Source: Caldisericia bacterium (GTDB taxonomy: Bacteria > Caldisericota > Caldisericia > JAAYUI01). Taken from it: 64,000 nucleotides of DNA. Position numbers and translations under genes: made by a program. Under the pieces are notes generated by a model that had not been told where the DNA came from, did no database searches, and worked only from the letters and a program-made list of their open reading frames with translations. Location of the stretch: positions 1,920,001-1,984,000 of the forward strand of contig OY771555.1 of NCBI GenBank assembly GCA_963674785.1, given 5' to 3'. This document shows positions 50,589 through 60,125 of the stretch, piece by piece (the stretch's first letter is position 1; each line of letters starts with the position of its first letter).

Positions 50589-52178
50589 ATGAGGATAGAT
50601 TTCATAAATGAACCATATCTGAACATGAAGAATCCAGATGAAAGAGCAGCAATGCAGGAAGCCATTGACTTTGTTCAGGCAAACCTTGGCCATCATTACC
50701 CTCTCATCATTGGTGGAAAAGAAGTCGAAACAGAAGGCAAAATCACATCCGTAAACCCAAGCAAAAAAGACGAGGTTACCGGAACATGTAGCAAAGCAAC
50801 AAGAGACCTCGCAGAACAGGCAATGCAGACAGCCCATGAAACATTTAAAACATGGAGCAAAGTTCCTGCACGCGAGAGAGCAAGCTACCTCTACAGAGCC
50901 GCAGGCATCATGAGAAGAAGAAAACTCGAACTCTCAGCCTGGATGGTTTTTGAAGAAGGAAAAAACTGGATTGAAGCAATTGCTGACACTGCAGAGGCAA
51001 TCGACTTCCTCGAATATTACGGAAGAGTCATGGAAGCAATGGATGGCCCAATCGACATCCCAGCAATCCCTGGCGAAGAAAATAACTACTGGCTGATTCC
51101 ACTTGGTGTTGGCGTCGTTATCCCACCATGGAACTTCCCACTTGCAATCCTTGCAGGTATGACAACAGCAGCAGTTGTTACAGGCAACACTGTTGTTCTT
51201 AAGCCAGCTTCAATCTCAACAGTTATTGCTGCCAAATTCATGGAAGTCATGCATGAGGCAGGAATTCCAGATGGCGTAATCAACTTTATCCCAGGTTCAG
51301 GTGGAGAGATTGGCGATTACATCGTTGACCACAAATACACAAGATTCATCTCATTTACCGGTTCAATGGAAGTCGGAAAACGTATCAACGAAAGAGCAGC
51401 AAAAGTAAATGATGGTCAGATTTGGCTTAAACGTGTTGTTGCTGAAATGGGCGGAAAAGACACCCAGATCGTTGATGCAAACTATCATGACCTCGACTTT
51501 GTTGCAGAGCAAACAATCGCAGCAGCATACGGATTCCAGGGACAGAAATGCTCAGCATGTTCAAGGATCATCGTTGTTGGTGATGAACAGCATGACAAAC
51601 TCGTCGAAAAACTTGTAGAGAGAGCAAAGAAAGTCAAGATGGGTGATGTCAGAGATGGTGATAACTGGTTAGGCCCAGTCTCATCAGCAGACGCATACAA
51701 AACAATTACCGAATATATTGAGATCGGCAAAAAAGAAGGAAAACTTGTTGCTGGTGGAAAATATGATGATTCAAAAGGTTACTTCATTGAACCAACAATC
51801 ATCGACGAAGTTGACCCAATGGCAAGAATCTCACAGGAAGAAATCTTTGGGCCAGTCCTTGCAGTCTTTAGAGCAAAAGATTTCGACCACGCCCTCGAGA
51901 TTGCAAACAACACAATCTATGGTCTCACAGGTGCAGTCTTCAGCGACACAGGTGCAAACCTTGAGAGAGCAAAAAAAGAATTCCACGTTGGAAACCTCTA
52001 CCTCAACAGAAAATGCACAGGTGCACTCGTTGGTTCACAGCCATTTGGCGGATTCAACATGTCAGGAACAGACTCGAAAGCCGGTTCATTTGAATATCTC
52101 TCACTCTTCATGCAGGGAAAAACAAGCTCCGAGAGACTCGACTCAGTTCGCTTTGCTGAGTTCCTTGGAATGATTTAA
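50589..52178 (+). CDS. pruA: L-glutamate gamma-semialdehyde (P5C) dehydrogenase, RocA/PruA type
   Basis: PPWNFP, FTGS, AEMGGKD, GQKCSACS, EEIFGPV, QPFGGFNMSG. Confidence 0.95.
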   Translation: MRIDFINEPYLNMKNPDERAAMQEAIDFVQANLGHHYPLIIGGKEVETEGKITSVNPSKKDEVTGTCSKATRDLAEQAMQTAHETFKTWSKVPARERASYLYRAAGIMRRRKLELSAWMVFEEGKNWIEAIADTAEAIDFLEYYGRVMEAMDGPIDIPAIPGEENNYWLIPLGVGVVIPPWNFPLAILAGMTTAAVVTGNTVVLKPASISTVIAAKFMEVMHEAGIPDGVINFIPGSGGEIGDYIVDHKYTRFISFTGSMEVGKRINERAAKVNDGQIWLKRVVAEMGGKDTQIVDANYHDLDFVAEQTIAAAYGFQGQKCSACSRIIVVGDEQHDKLVEKLVERAKKVKMGDVRDGDNWLGPVSSADAYKTITEYIEIGKKEGKLVAGGKYDDSKGYFIEPTIIDEVDPMARISQEEIFGPVLAVFRAKDFDHALEIANNTIYGLTGAVFSDTGANLERAKKEFHVGNLYLNRKCTGALVGSQPFGGFNMSGTDSKAGSFEYLSLFMQGKTSSERLDSVRFAEFLGMI

Positions 52179-52187
52179 AAGACATCA

Positions 52188-52212
52188 TCATTCCCGACTC
52201 CGATCGGGAATC
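52188..52212. repeat. REP-like palindrome
   Basis: TCATTCCCGACTCCGATCGGGAATC, 10 nt after the pruA stop and separate from the terminator. Confidence 0.5.
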
Positions 52213-52230
52213 AAGGACTTAAGAAAACCC

Positions 52231-52260
52231 AAAGGCGACAGAATATCTGTCGCCTTTTTT
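52231..52260 (+). terminator. Rho-independent terminator after pruA
   Basis: AAAGGCGACAGA-ATA-TCTGTCGCCTTTTTT. Confidence 0.88.
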
Positions 52261-52309
52261 AATAATTACCTTAACTGTCTTCTCATAAACAGAACTCAGG
52301 AAGCAACTC

Positions 52310-52745
52310 ATGCTAGGAAGATTGGATTCAACATACAGTATTTTCGAAATGTTTGAAGGATCTTCGGAAAATATTACATCTGGTGAAGGCAAATAACAAC
52401 TGGAATAAACAATTAAAGCATTAAATCAAACCTCGACGTTCCAAGATACGACATCGCTCGCAGTCAAAATATCCTTTGTGCAACAACAATCGAGATTTAA
52501 GATTAATAAAATTGGTGACTAGTTCTGTTCTGTGCCAAGGATTTGGATATCGGTAAAAATAATAAATACCCAAACAAAGACAGTCGCCACAAAAGCATCG
52601 CTCAGAAACGCTTTAGGTAACAGAAGATGTTTGATTCAGATAAGTGACTTTATGGGTGAAAGTTCAATGAAAGCCAGAAAAAGTAGGCGAATTTCTCCAA
52701 AAAACCCATGATTCGCGAATTATTTTTGCAGACATTTGGGAAGCA
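52310..52745 (+). pseudogene. Decayed SOS-response-associated peptidase (SRAP/YedK/HMCES family)
   Basis: Collinear fragments MLGRL, PRYDIARSQ, W*LVLFCAKD, INTQTKTVATKASLRNALGNRRCLIQISDF, IFADIWE match SRAP motifs MCGRF, PRYNIAPSQ, WGLVPFWAKD, INARAETV.EKPSFR.A..RRCLIP..GF, FAGLWE; interrupted by stops and frameshifts. Confidence 0.8.
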
Positions 52746-52940
52746 CTCGAAAAGATTATGGTTTCAAAAAACCCATTGATATTGAATATTATCCTGTTTC
52801 CTCACTTTATAATTCTCCAAAAATAATGTTCGTGAGTATGTTTTGAAACTCAAATAAAACCCATAAAATAATAAATCCGAATTGTATGTTTTGATTCAGT
52901 GTCGAAAGAGTATAGAATGTTACTTGATAAAGGAGGCGAC

Positions 52941-54066
52941 ATGGGCGATAGATTTTATAGCAGAATTGGTAATGAAATTACAGAATTATCCGAGGAAAAA
53001 TACATGGACGAGAGTGAACTTCAAGAATTAATTGCCGGAAAACCAGAGCTAATAATCCCAAAAGATGAGAATTATAAACTACTGCTTATTTCAAGAGAAA
53101 TGGGGATACCCGATCAGCTACAAGGTGGTAATAGGTGGTCAATTGATCATTTCTTTGTTGGGGATGACGGAATACCAACCTTTGTTGAAGTAAAACAAAG
53201 TTCAGATTCAAGAATTTACAGGGAAGTCGTAGCCCAAATGCTGGATTATGTCTCAAATAGTGCTAAATATTTGACTGAAGAAATGCTCATCGAAAATCTT
53301 TCAAAAAGATTGGAATCTAAAAATATAAGCCCTAAAATAAAAATGAAAGATTTTCTCTGTAACAAAGATGTTCAATTATTCTGGAAAAAAATTATTGAAA
53401 ATCTCCGAGATGACTCAGGAGAAGTAAGATTAGTCTTTGTTGCAGATAAAATTCCTCCTGAACTCAAAACAATAATTGAATTCCTAGAATATAGATTTTA
53501 TGGGATATTTGTTTATGGTGTTGAAGTAAAGAAATATTCAGAAAACCATTACTCAACAAGATTCACAAGATTCTTTGATGAACTTAATTCTGAAAAACCC
53601 AGCAAATCAATAAGGTGGAATGAAAATTCCTTTTTGCGATGGAGTGATAGATAAAAACAATCAGGAGCTCTATAGTTCGGTGATGAAACCAATAATCGAA
53701 TGGGTATCAGGCAATGCTTTCAAGGATGATTTCGGTCGGGGAATCAAGGATGGTTCATACTCACCTTACATCCAAACAAATGACGATTGGTACTGCCCTG
53801 TTATCTACTGGACATATGGAAGGATCAATTTCCAATTCGAGAAATTGCTTGCAAGAAAGGGGTTTAAAAGCGAAAAGGAAAGATTGGAAATGTTAGAAAA
53901 AATCAACTCCATTCCAGGAGTCCAGATCGATAAAAACAGAATTGATGGAAGACCAGCCATCCAAATGGAAACCTTGATGAATAAGAACGCTCTAAAAAAA
54001 TTCATTGAATTTTTAGAGTGGTTCAAAAATAAAGTAAAAGCAATTGACACTGAATCGGAGGAATAA
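52941..54066 (+). pseudogene. NucS-like PD-(D/E)XK endonuclease split by a 1-nt frameshift (ORFs 52941-53654 and 53620-54066)
   Basis: ESELQELI, REMGI, SIDHFF, VEVKQ, REVVAQMLDY. Removing one base at TCCTTTTTGCGAT (~53631-53637) joins the frames as WNENSF(L/C)DGVIDK. AGGAGG SD before ATG 52941. Confidence 0.7.
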
Positions 54067-54074
54067 ATTCAGTT

Positions 54075-55574
54075 TTATTCCTGATTCTTCAAAAACTCTT
54101 CTTTTGACTCAAGCAGTTTTTGGATACTCTCTCTTGGATGACCAAAAACTTCCACATGAAGTTCCTGTGTTTCTTTGAGATCAAGAAGAGTCAACTCCTC
54201 GTAGTCATCTCTGCCGAAGGAATCTGTTTCGGGGAAATATGCGTACCACAGATCACCATTTGGTCTGATCCAATCATCGCAGGTTTCGTCAATGGCGACT
54301 AATACTTTTTCTGCTTGAGTTTTAAACCGCTCGTATGGGGACATTTTGTATAACTCTAGGAAATAGTTGATCTCACATAATGCATGATTCAAAGACGTGT
54401 GCATCTGAACTCCGAGTGGCTCAGGTGTGATGTAATCATAAAAGAAAAACCCTTCACCCATCTGTGTTTTCTGGTCATCGTCAACTCTTATAAACTCATC
54501 ACCCAATTTTGTGGCAAGCAGTTTTGCATCAGGACTTCCAAGCTCTTCTGCACACTTAATCAGAAATCTGCTGCCATCTGTTGCAAATCGGGTATCGATG
54601 TAGTTGTTTGTCAAACCGTACCATCGCCAAAACATCAATGGAATAACCTGGCTTCTATGGTAACCACTTTCAGGCATCTCCTGAACAGCTGCCCTCATAC
54701 TTGTAAGAACGATATCAGTAAAAAGTCTGTTGGAAGGCTGCAAATACCAGGAGATAAGATTTTCTGCAGGATAAAAACCAGGGTTAAAATAGTAACAATT
54801 CTCCACAGAACCCTTGTAGTCGCCGACCCTTGTTGTATACCACCATCCATCTCTTCTAAGCATTTTTACAAGATTAAGGTCAGTTGCAATAAGTGCTTTA
54901 AGTGACCTTTTATTTTGAGTGTCAATGAGTCTTTTATCTGAAAAAACGATAAAACCCTCTTCATATTCGCTATCAGTTTGGGCAAGCTCAATTGTTAGGG
55001 TGATCTTATCTGGAAGGATAACTATTTTTCCAGTTGAAGCCTTCTTCACTTTTCTTTGAAGTGAAACCGGCTGATCTCTAAATCTTCCCGGGCAGGAAAC
55101 AAAAATCGACCTTTGCCACTCACCAAATTCAACAAATGTAATTCCTTCAGAAAAATCCACGACCATGTTCACATCGGCTGGGACATACTTTACCTCAAGG
55201 TCATCCTCAAGGTCGCTTGATCTCGAAATATACTTGTGTCTCCAGCATCTCCCATTGTTTGTTTCACCAGGGATAAGAAAATCGAAAGTCATGATTCTAC
55301 CAGGAGCATCTGGTTCCTGTCTGAAATACAAGAATATATCACCATTATTGAGCTTTTGCACCCAGACATTTGGCGAGTCACCAAAAGAAAAGGTCTCTTC
55401 GGTCAGGAAGGTTTCAAATTGATTACGCCCAACAACATGCGGTTTTATAATTACTCCATCTGATTTGGCAACCATCGAAACTTCTTGAATTGGGAAATCA
55501 GCACCACTTGGAACTTGAATTCCAATCACAAGAATTATGGTAAGAAAAATCAAAACAAATCTTCTCTTACGCAT
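54075..55574 (-). CDS. Hypothetical secreted protein, last gene of the ccm operon
   Basis: Signal peptide MRKRRFVLIFL...SGA; start overlaps the ccmF end; C-terminal half helical-looking (HTSLNHALCEINY). Confidence 0.7.
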   Translation of the reverse strand: MRKRRFVLIFLTIILVIGIQVPSGADFPIQEVSMVAKSDGVIIKPHVVGRNQFETFLTEETFSFGDSPNVWVQKLNNGDIFLYFRQEPDAPGRIMTFDFLIPGETNNGRCWRHKYISRSSDLEDDLEVKYVPADVNMVVDFSEGITFVEFGEWQRSIFVSCPGRFRDQPVSLQRKVKKASTGKIVILPDKITLTIELAQTDSEYEEGFIVFSDKRLIDTQNKRSLKALIATDLNLVKMLRRDGWWYTTRVGDYKGSVENCYYFNPGFYPAENLISWYLQPSNRLFTDIVLTSMRAAVQEMPESGYHRSQVIPLMFWRWYGLTNNYIDTRFATDGSRFLIKCAEELGSPDAKLLATKLGDEFIRVDDDQKTQMGEGFFFYDYITPEPLGVQMHTSLNHALCEINYFLELYKMSPYERFKTQAEKVLVAIDETCDDWIRPNGDLWYAYFPETDSFGRDDYEELTLLDLKETQELHVEVFGHPRESIQKLLESKEEFLKNQE

Positions 55575-57678
55575 CAATCCTCTCAAGCTCAATAGTCTCT
55601 TTTTTCCTGTTTCTCATAATTAGTGCCCACAAAATACCAATCAGAATTAGAATCATACCAATCCAAACAAAAGAAATCAAATATTTGACAGAAAATGTAA
55701 TTGGCAACATTACAGTATTGCCAACATCTGGCCTCATGTCAGTGATTCTTGCTCGAACGTAGTCTTTTCCAACCTCTTCAAGATAAATAACAAGGTTTTC
55801 GGTTGGCTCAAGAAGTTCAGTTGTGTCGTCATTGTTTCTATCAAAAATTAATACCCAAGCATCATGTTCATCAGCTAAGGATACCTCAACAGATTTATCA
55901 TCGATGCTTGTGAGGAAAAGGGAGTATCCATTCCCATCAACAGATTCTCCAAGTGATGGAGCCATAAGGATTCCAAGTTCGGGTTTCCCAGGGGCAAGAA
56001 TTACATCTGAAACAATCCCACGCTTGATAAATGGTTCAACAACCCAACTTCCAGTTTTATCCATTATGCCAGTCAACTTAGCTTCGGTTACATTGTTGTT
56101 AACATCAGTAATCGAAACACTTGCTTCATAGTCTCCATTATCATTAACCAAACTGAAACTATTAAGAACCAAAGTACGATCAGCAATCACTTCGCTTTTC
56201 TGGTTGATCCTCAAAATATCTTGTTTGATAAACTGGAAATTTGAAGAAACTACAATCCCTACAATAAGAATCGAAAGACCTATGTGAGCAATGTTTGAAC
56301 CCCACTTTTTCCAACCTAAAGCTTTCATCTGCATCACATTTGAAACAAGCGTGAATGCAGAAAGGAAGACCAAGATAATAACAACAGGTATAAAGACACC
56401 AAGCTCATAGAGTAACCAGATTCCAATTATTCCAACAAGCATCGGCGAGATGAGTTTTTTAGGAAGGGAATCCTTTTCAGTTTTTCCCCACTTAAAAATT
56501 GGAGTGAATGCAATTCCAGCAGAAAGAAGAATCCCAACAGGTGCAAGAATTACTGAATAAAAACTTGTCGAAATGACTTGGTTAGAACCGATCAATTTTG
56601 TAATAACTGGCCAAAATGTGGCAACCAAAACGACAGCAGAGAAAATCAAAACAACAAGATTACCAGCACCAATCAGAAATGATTTGCTAAGCAGTGGCGG
56701 TTCTTCGGTTTTTTCAGCTTTGTCTTTCAGTTTCAAACAAACAAAAATTGAAGCCAGAACTGAAAGTATGAGCAAAATGGTCAGGATTATTGAGAGAGGT
56801 TGACCTGAAAATGAGTGGACTGAAACGTCTGATAGAATCCCTGATCTTGTGATGAAAACAGCAAGAACAATTGAAACAAAACTTGCAAGTGTGAATCCAA
56901 CTGTTGATCTGAGATTCTGTCTTGTATTCTTATTCCCCGGCAGTGAATGAAGGGCTGCAGAGAGGAAAAGCCACGGGATAAGTGTTGCATTCTCAACAGG
57001 GTCCCAACCCCAGTAACCACCCCATCCAATCACCTCATATGACCAGATTGCACCAAAAACAATTCCCACACCCAGAAACAACCAGGTTGCAAGAATCCAT
57101 GGTTTGATTTGGTCTCTCCATGAATCAGCGGATTGATTTTTGGATAAAGCAAAATTCAAAGTAAGGCCGAATGGAACAATCATGAGCGAATATGCGATAA
57201 AGGTTATTGGTGGATGACTCAACATCCAGAAGTTTTTCAGTAATAAATTTAGTCCCTGTCCATCTATGAATGATTTCGAAGACATTGCAAATGGATTCGT
57301 AAAAACAATCGATGAAAGAACAAACAACTGGAAAATAAGAACTGTAATCATCGTCTTTGAATCAGTTTTCTTTTTCAAAACCAAGAAAAGGAGAACAATA
57401 GAGATTATCGCTGACCAAAGGATTAGTGACCCACTATCACCAGCCCAAAGAGCTGATATTTTGTAAATCCAGGGAAGTGCTTTTTCAGAGTGATGGAACA
57501 CGTATCTGATTTGAAAATTATCAGAGACCAACGCCCAAATCATGTAGCCCATCATAAAAACTGAGATAATTGATTGACCGATTATCAATGGTTTAGACAA
57601 ATATCTTTTTGAAATAGAGATAATCGACGCAATAGTAAGAACAATTGTTAAATAAAGTAGAATATTTCCAATCATCAT
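55567..57678 (-). CDS. ccmF: Cytochrome c heme lyase CcmF
   Basis: ALWAGDSGS, HPP, WGGYWGWDPVEN, TRSGI..VHSF. Confidence 0.95.
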   Translation of the reverse strand: MMIGNILLYLTIVLTIASIISISKRYLSKPLIIGQSIISVFMMGYMIWALVSDNFQIRYVFHHSEKALPWIYKISALWAGDSGSLILWSAIISIVLLFLVLKKKTDSKTMITVLIFQLFVLSSIVFTNPFAMSSKSFIDGQGLNLLLKNFWMLSHPPITFIAYSLMIVPFGLTLNFALSKNQSADSWRDQIKPWILATWLFLGVGIVFGAIWSYEVIGWGGYWGWDPVENATLIPWLFLSAALHSLPGNKNTRQNLRSTVGFTLASFVSIVLAVFITRSGILSDVSVHSFSGQPLSIILTILLILSVLASIFVCLKLKDKAEKTEEPPLLSKSFLIGAGNLVVLIFSAVVLVATFWPVITKLIGSNQVISTSFYSVILAPVGILLSAGIAFTPIFKWGKTEKDSLPKKLISPMLVGIIGIWLLYELGVFIPVVIILVFLSAFTLVSNVMQMKALGWKKWGSNIAHIGLSILIVGIVVSSNFQFIKQDILRINQKSEVIADRTLVLNSFSLVNDNGDYEASVSITDVNNNVTEAKLTGIMDKTGSWVVEPFIKRGIVSDVILAPGKPELGILMAPSLGESVDGNGYSLFLTSIDDKSVEVSLADEHDAWVLIFDRNNDDTTELLEPTENLVIYLEEVGKDYVRARITDMRPDVGNTVMLPITFSVKYLISFVWIGMILILIGILWALIMRNRKKETIELERIDA

Positions 57679-58031
57679 TCCTCAACTTTTTCTTCATATT
57701 TGCTTGGGCACTTCAACAAAATCGACTCTGCTTCAAAAAAATCATCTGTCCAAACCCCTGTAACAACACAGGAATCAGCCTGTTCGATGTTTGATGGAAT
57801 TTGATTTAAAAGCACCACTGGTAAAACTTCACCTTTTTCGCTGATAATGGAGAAATTGTTTCCAATGATTGAATCTTTATCAATGTTACCCCAAACCTGA
57901 ACTCTTTTTCCAGACATTGCTTCATTAAAATCTTGAGTGTATGGGGTTGAGGAAATCACAAACATCCAAATGGAAACCGTGACAAGAAGCACAACAATAA
58001 CAGCTCCAATAATTATACGCGTTTTTTTCAT
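57675..58031 (-). CDS. ccmE: Heme chaperone CcmE, Cys-type (System I*)
   Basis: N-terminal TM; LKCPSKY (CxxxY in place of HxxxY). Confidence 0.9.
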   Translation of the reverse strand: MKKTRIIIGAVIVVLLVTVSIWMFVISSTPYTQDFNEAMSGKRVQVWGNIDKDSIIGNNFSIISEKGEVLPVVLLNQIPSNIEQADSCVVTGVWTDDFFEAESILLKCPSKYEEKVEE

Positions 58032-58034
58032 ATA

Positions 58035-58127
58035 TTATCGTCTCTTGTTCAATCTGATATTTAAAATCACAAGGTAAACAAATACACCAGCAAAAAGAGT
58101 TATTGATGTTATTAAAACAGCATTCAT
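58035..58127 (-). CDS. ccmD: CcmD-like small membrane protein (30 aa)
   Basis: MNAVLITSITLFAGVFVYLVILNIRLNKRR*; TAATG coupling to the ccmC stop; position between ccmC and ccmE. Confidence 0.75.
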   Translation of the reverse strand: MNAVLITSITLFAGVFVYLVILNIRLNKRR

Positions 58128-58765
58128 TATAATTTCTCCTCCATACCTTTATCAATCCTCACAGCCAAATCAAGAAGCAGAATAAAAATCAAAGTAAAAC
58201 CGATAAGCATTCCAGCAAGTCCTATCCACATTCCACCCGTTAAACCTCCTCCTCCAATTGACTCAGGATGAAGAGAGCTTGTAACTCGAGGAAGAATAAA
58301 GACCAAAAACGGAACCGTTAAAAACGCAATAATTGAATAAACCGCTGCGATTCGAGGTCTTAGTTTCGGTTTTGAAATCGAGTTTCTCAGCAATAAGTAT
58401 GCGGCATACATTATGATGAGTATAATAATTGATGTTTCTCTGGGATCCCAATTCCATGCAGAACCCCAGGTATAATAAGCAAAAACTGAACCTGTGAGTG
58501 TCGCAATAATAGAAAAAAGCAAACCGATTTCAACAGACCTATGTGCAAACCGATCATACTTCAAATCATTTTTGGTGAGAAACAATATTGACCCCACCAG
58601 AGAAACTGCAAAAGCAACAACCGCAATCCACGCAGACGGGATATGAAAAAAAATAGATCTGTAGGTTATTCCAATCACTTTTTCCACTGGCGAGTAAAGA
58701 ATACAGTAGAAAAGCGAAGGAATAATAACTATCGGAGTCATAATTCTCATTATTGATAAAATCAT
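58127..58765 (-). CDS. ccmC: Heme exporter CcmC
   Basis: FFHIPSAW, WGSAWNWDPRET, SLHP. Confidence 0.95.
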   Translation of the reverse strand: MILSIMRIMTPIVIIPSLFYCILYSPVEKVIGITYRSIFFHIPSAWIAVVAFAVSLVGSILFLTKNDLKYDRFAHRSVEIGLLFSIIATLTGSVFAYYTWGSAWNWDPRETSIIILIIMYAAYLLLRNSISKPKLRPRIAAVYSIIAFLTVPFLVFILPRVTSSLHPESIGGGGLTGGMWIGLAGMLIGFTLIFILLLDLAVRIDKGMEEKL

Positions 58766-58768
58766 CTT

Positions 58769-59431
58769 CTATACACCCTTCTCAAGATATGGAAGGAATA
58801 AAATTCCTGTTATCAACACAGCAAAGCCTTGAGCCAAAACAACAACAAGAAGTGTAAACGAAACAGGACTAGATTCCAAGACTTGAGTTGTAATATTTAT
58901 AAGTGATATAAGTACCGGCAAAATAATTGGAAGAGCAACAATCGGGAAAACCGAACCTCTGGCAGCCCCCCTTGCGACCAAATAACTTATTATTCCCTGA
59001 GTGATACCAAGAGCAAAACTTCCAAAAACCATCACCAAAAACAAAACCGGTAGAACAGTCAATGATAACTTAAACCAAAACACTAGAAGTGTTGATACAC
59101 CCAAAGAGATCACTGAAATAAAAATCGAATTTGCGGAAACCTTACTCAAATAAATAACTGATGGTGGAACAAGTTGTCTCATCAAGTCTGCGGTTTTTTT
59201 TGTTTCCTCATCAAGAAAAATTCTCTGAGAAACCTCAGAACATGAAAAAAACAAAACCATCCATATCAGGGTTGAAACTGTAACCTCTGAAACAGAGATT
59301 TTTGACATTGGAAGCGCAACAGAAATACACATGACTACGACAATTCCAAATGCATATCCAATCAACATTCCACCTTTGAAAAGAAGCTTTATATCTTTGA
59401 CCAAAAGTGTCTTAAAGTTTGACCACAACAT
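58769..59431 (-). CDS. ccmB: Heme exporter CcmB
   Basis: LLVKDIKL, FLDEE, IYLSK, FPIVALPIILPV; located between ccmA and ccmC. Confidence 0.85.
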   Translation of the reverse strand: MLWSNFKTLLVKDIKLLFKGGMLIGYAFGIVVVMCISVALPMSKISVSEVTVSTLIWMVLFFSCSEVSQRIFLDEETKKTADLMRQLVPPSVIYLSKVSANSIFISVISLGVSTLLVFWFKLSLTVLPVLFLVMVFGSFALGITQGIISYLVARGAARGSVFPIVALPIILPVLISLINITTQVLESSPVSFTLLVVVLAQGFAVLITGILFLPYLEKGV

Positions 59432-59993
59432 TCCACTCTCTCCAAAGATGATTTGTAGCAATAATTGTCATCAAACCATTTCGATTTCTTTTTTCAATTT
59501 CATCTGTCAATTTCAAAATTCCCTTTTCATCCATATGTTGCTCAGGTTCATCAAGTAATAAAACCTCAGGGTTTATCAGGAATGATGCAATCAACTTTAT
59601 TCGTTGTTTGTATCCTGATGAAAGCTCGCCATATTTTTTATCGAGGTGATCTTCAATATCCCAACCTGAAACATCTGGAAATGCTTTTTTCTTCAGGTTT
59701 GATACAAGCTTAATATTTTCCACAACTGTCAACTCATGATAAAGAGAAACATCAGGGGAACAGAGAAATATACTTTTCATTTCATTAGTTTCAAAACCCT
59801 TCGAAAAACCAACAAACTCTAATTCACCTTCTGTTTGTTTTTGAAGCCCAGAGATAACCCTAAGCAAAGTAGTTTTTCCAGAGCCATTTGAGCCCAAAAC
59901 AACAGATATTCCAGAATCAAATCGCACAGACAAATCAGAAAAAACTTCCTTGTCTGAAAATTCCATTTTTAAAGATTTAACATTCACACGCAC
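59412..59993 (-). CDS. ccmA: Heme ABC exporter ATP-binding protein CcmA
   Basis: GSNGSGKTT, LSSGYKQR, LLLDEP; heads the ccm operon. Confidence 0.88.
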   Translation of the reverse strand: MRVNVKSLKMEFSDKEVFSDLSVRFDSGISVVLGSNGSGKTTLLRVISGLQKQTEGELEFVGFSKGFETNEMKSIFLCSPDVSLYHELTVVENIKLVSNLKKKAFPDVSGWDIEDHLDKKYGELSSGYKQRIKLIASFLINPEVLLLDEPEQHMDEKGILKLTDEIEKRNRNGLMTIIATNHLWREWNVVVKL

Positions 59994-60000
59994 ACATGAA

Positions 60001-60028
60001 AGTATAAATTATCATATAATCTGGTCAA
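60001..60028 (-). promoter_or_regulatory. ccm operon promoter (leaderless geometry)
   Basis: TTGACC-16 nt-TATACT, then 7 nt to GTG 59993. Confidence 0.65.
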
Positions 60029-60125
60029 TATAATCCATCTGTCTTCTCAATAAATAGATTTGTAAAATTTTATCTATCATGTAGAATACCCCTCGAGAAA
60101 TAAACATAGTTCGGAAGGAGAGATT

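Noticed and set aside
55540-55574. Twin-arginine signal on the ccm-linked protein
   Set aside because: MRKRRFVL does not match S/T-R-R-x-F-L-K and looks like an ordinary basic Sec n-region.
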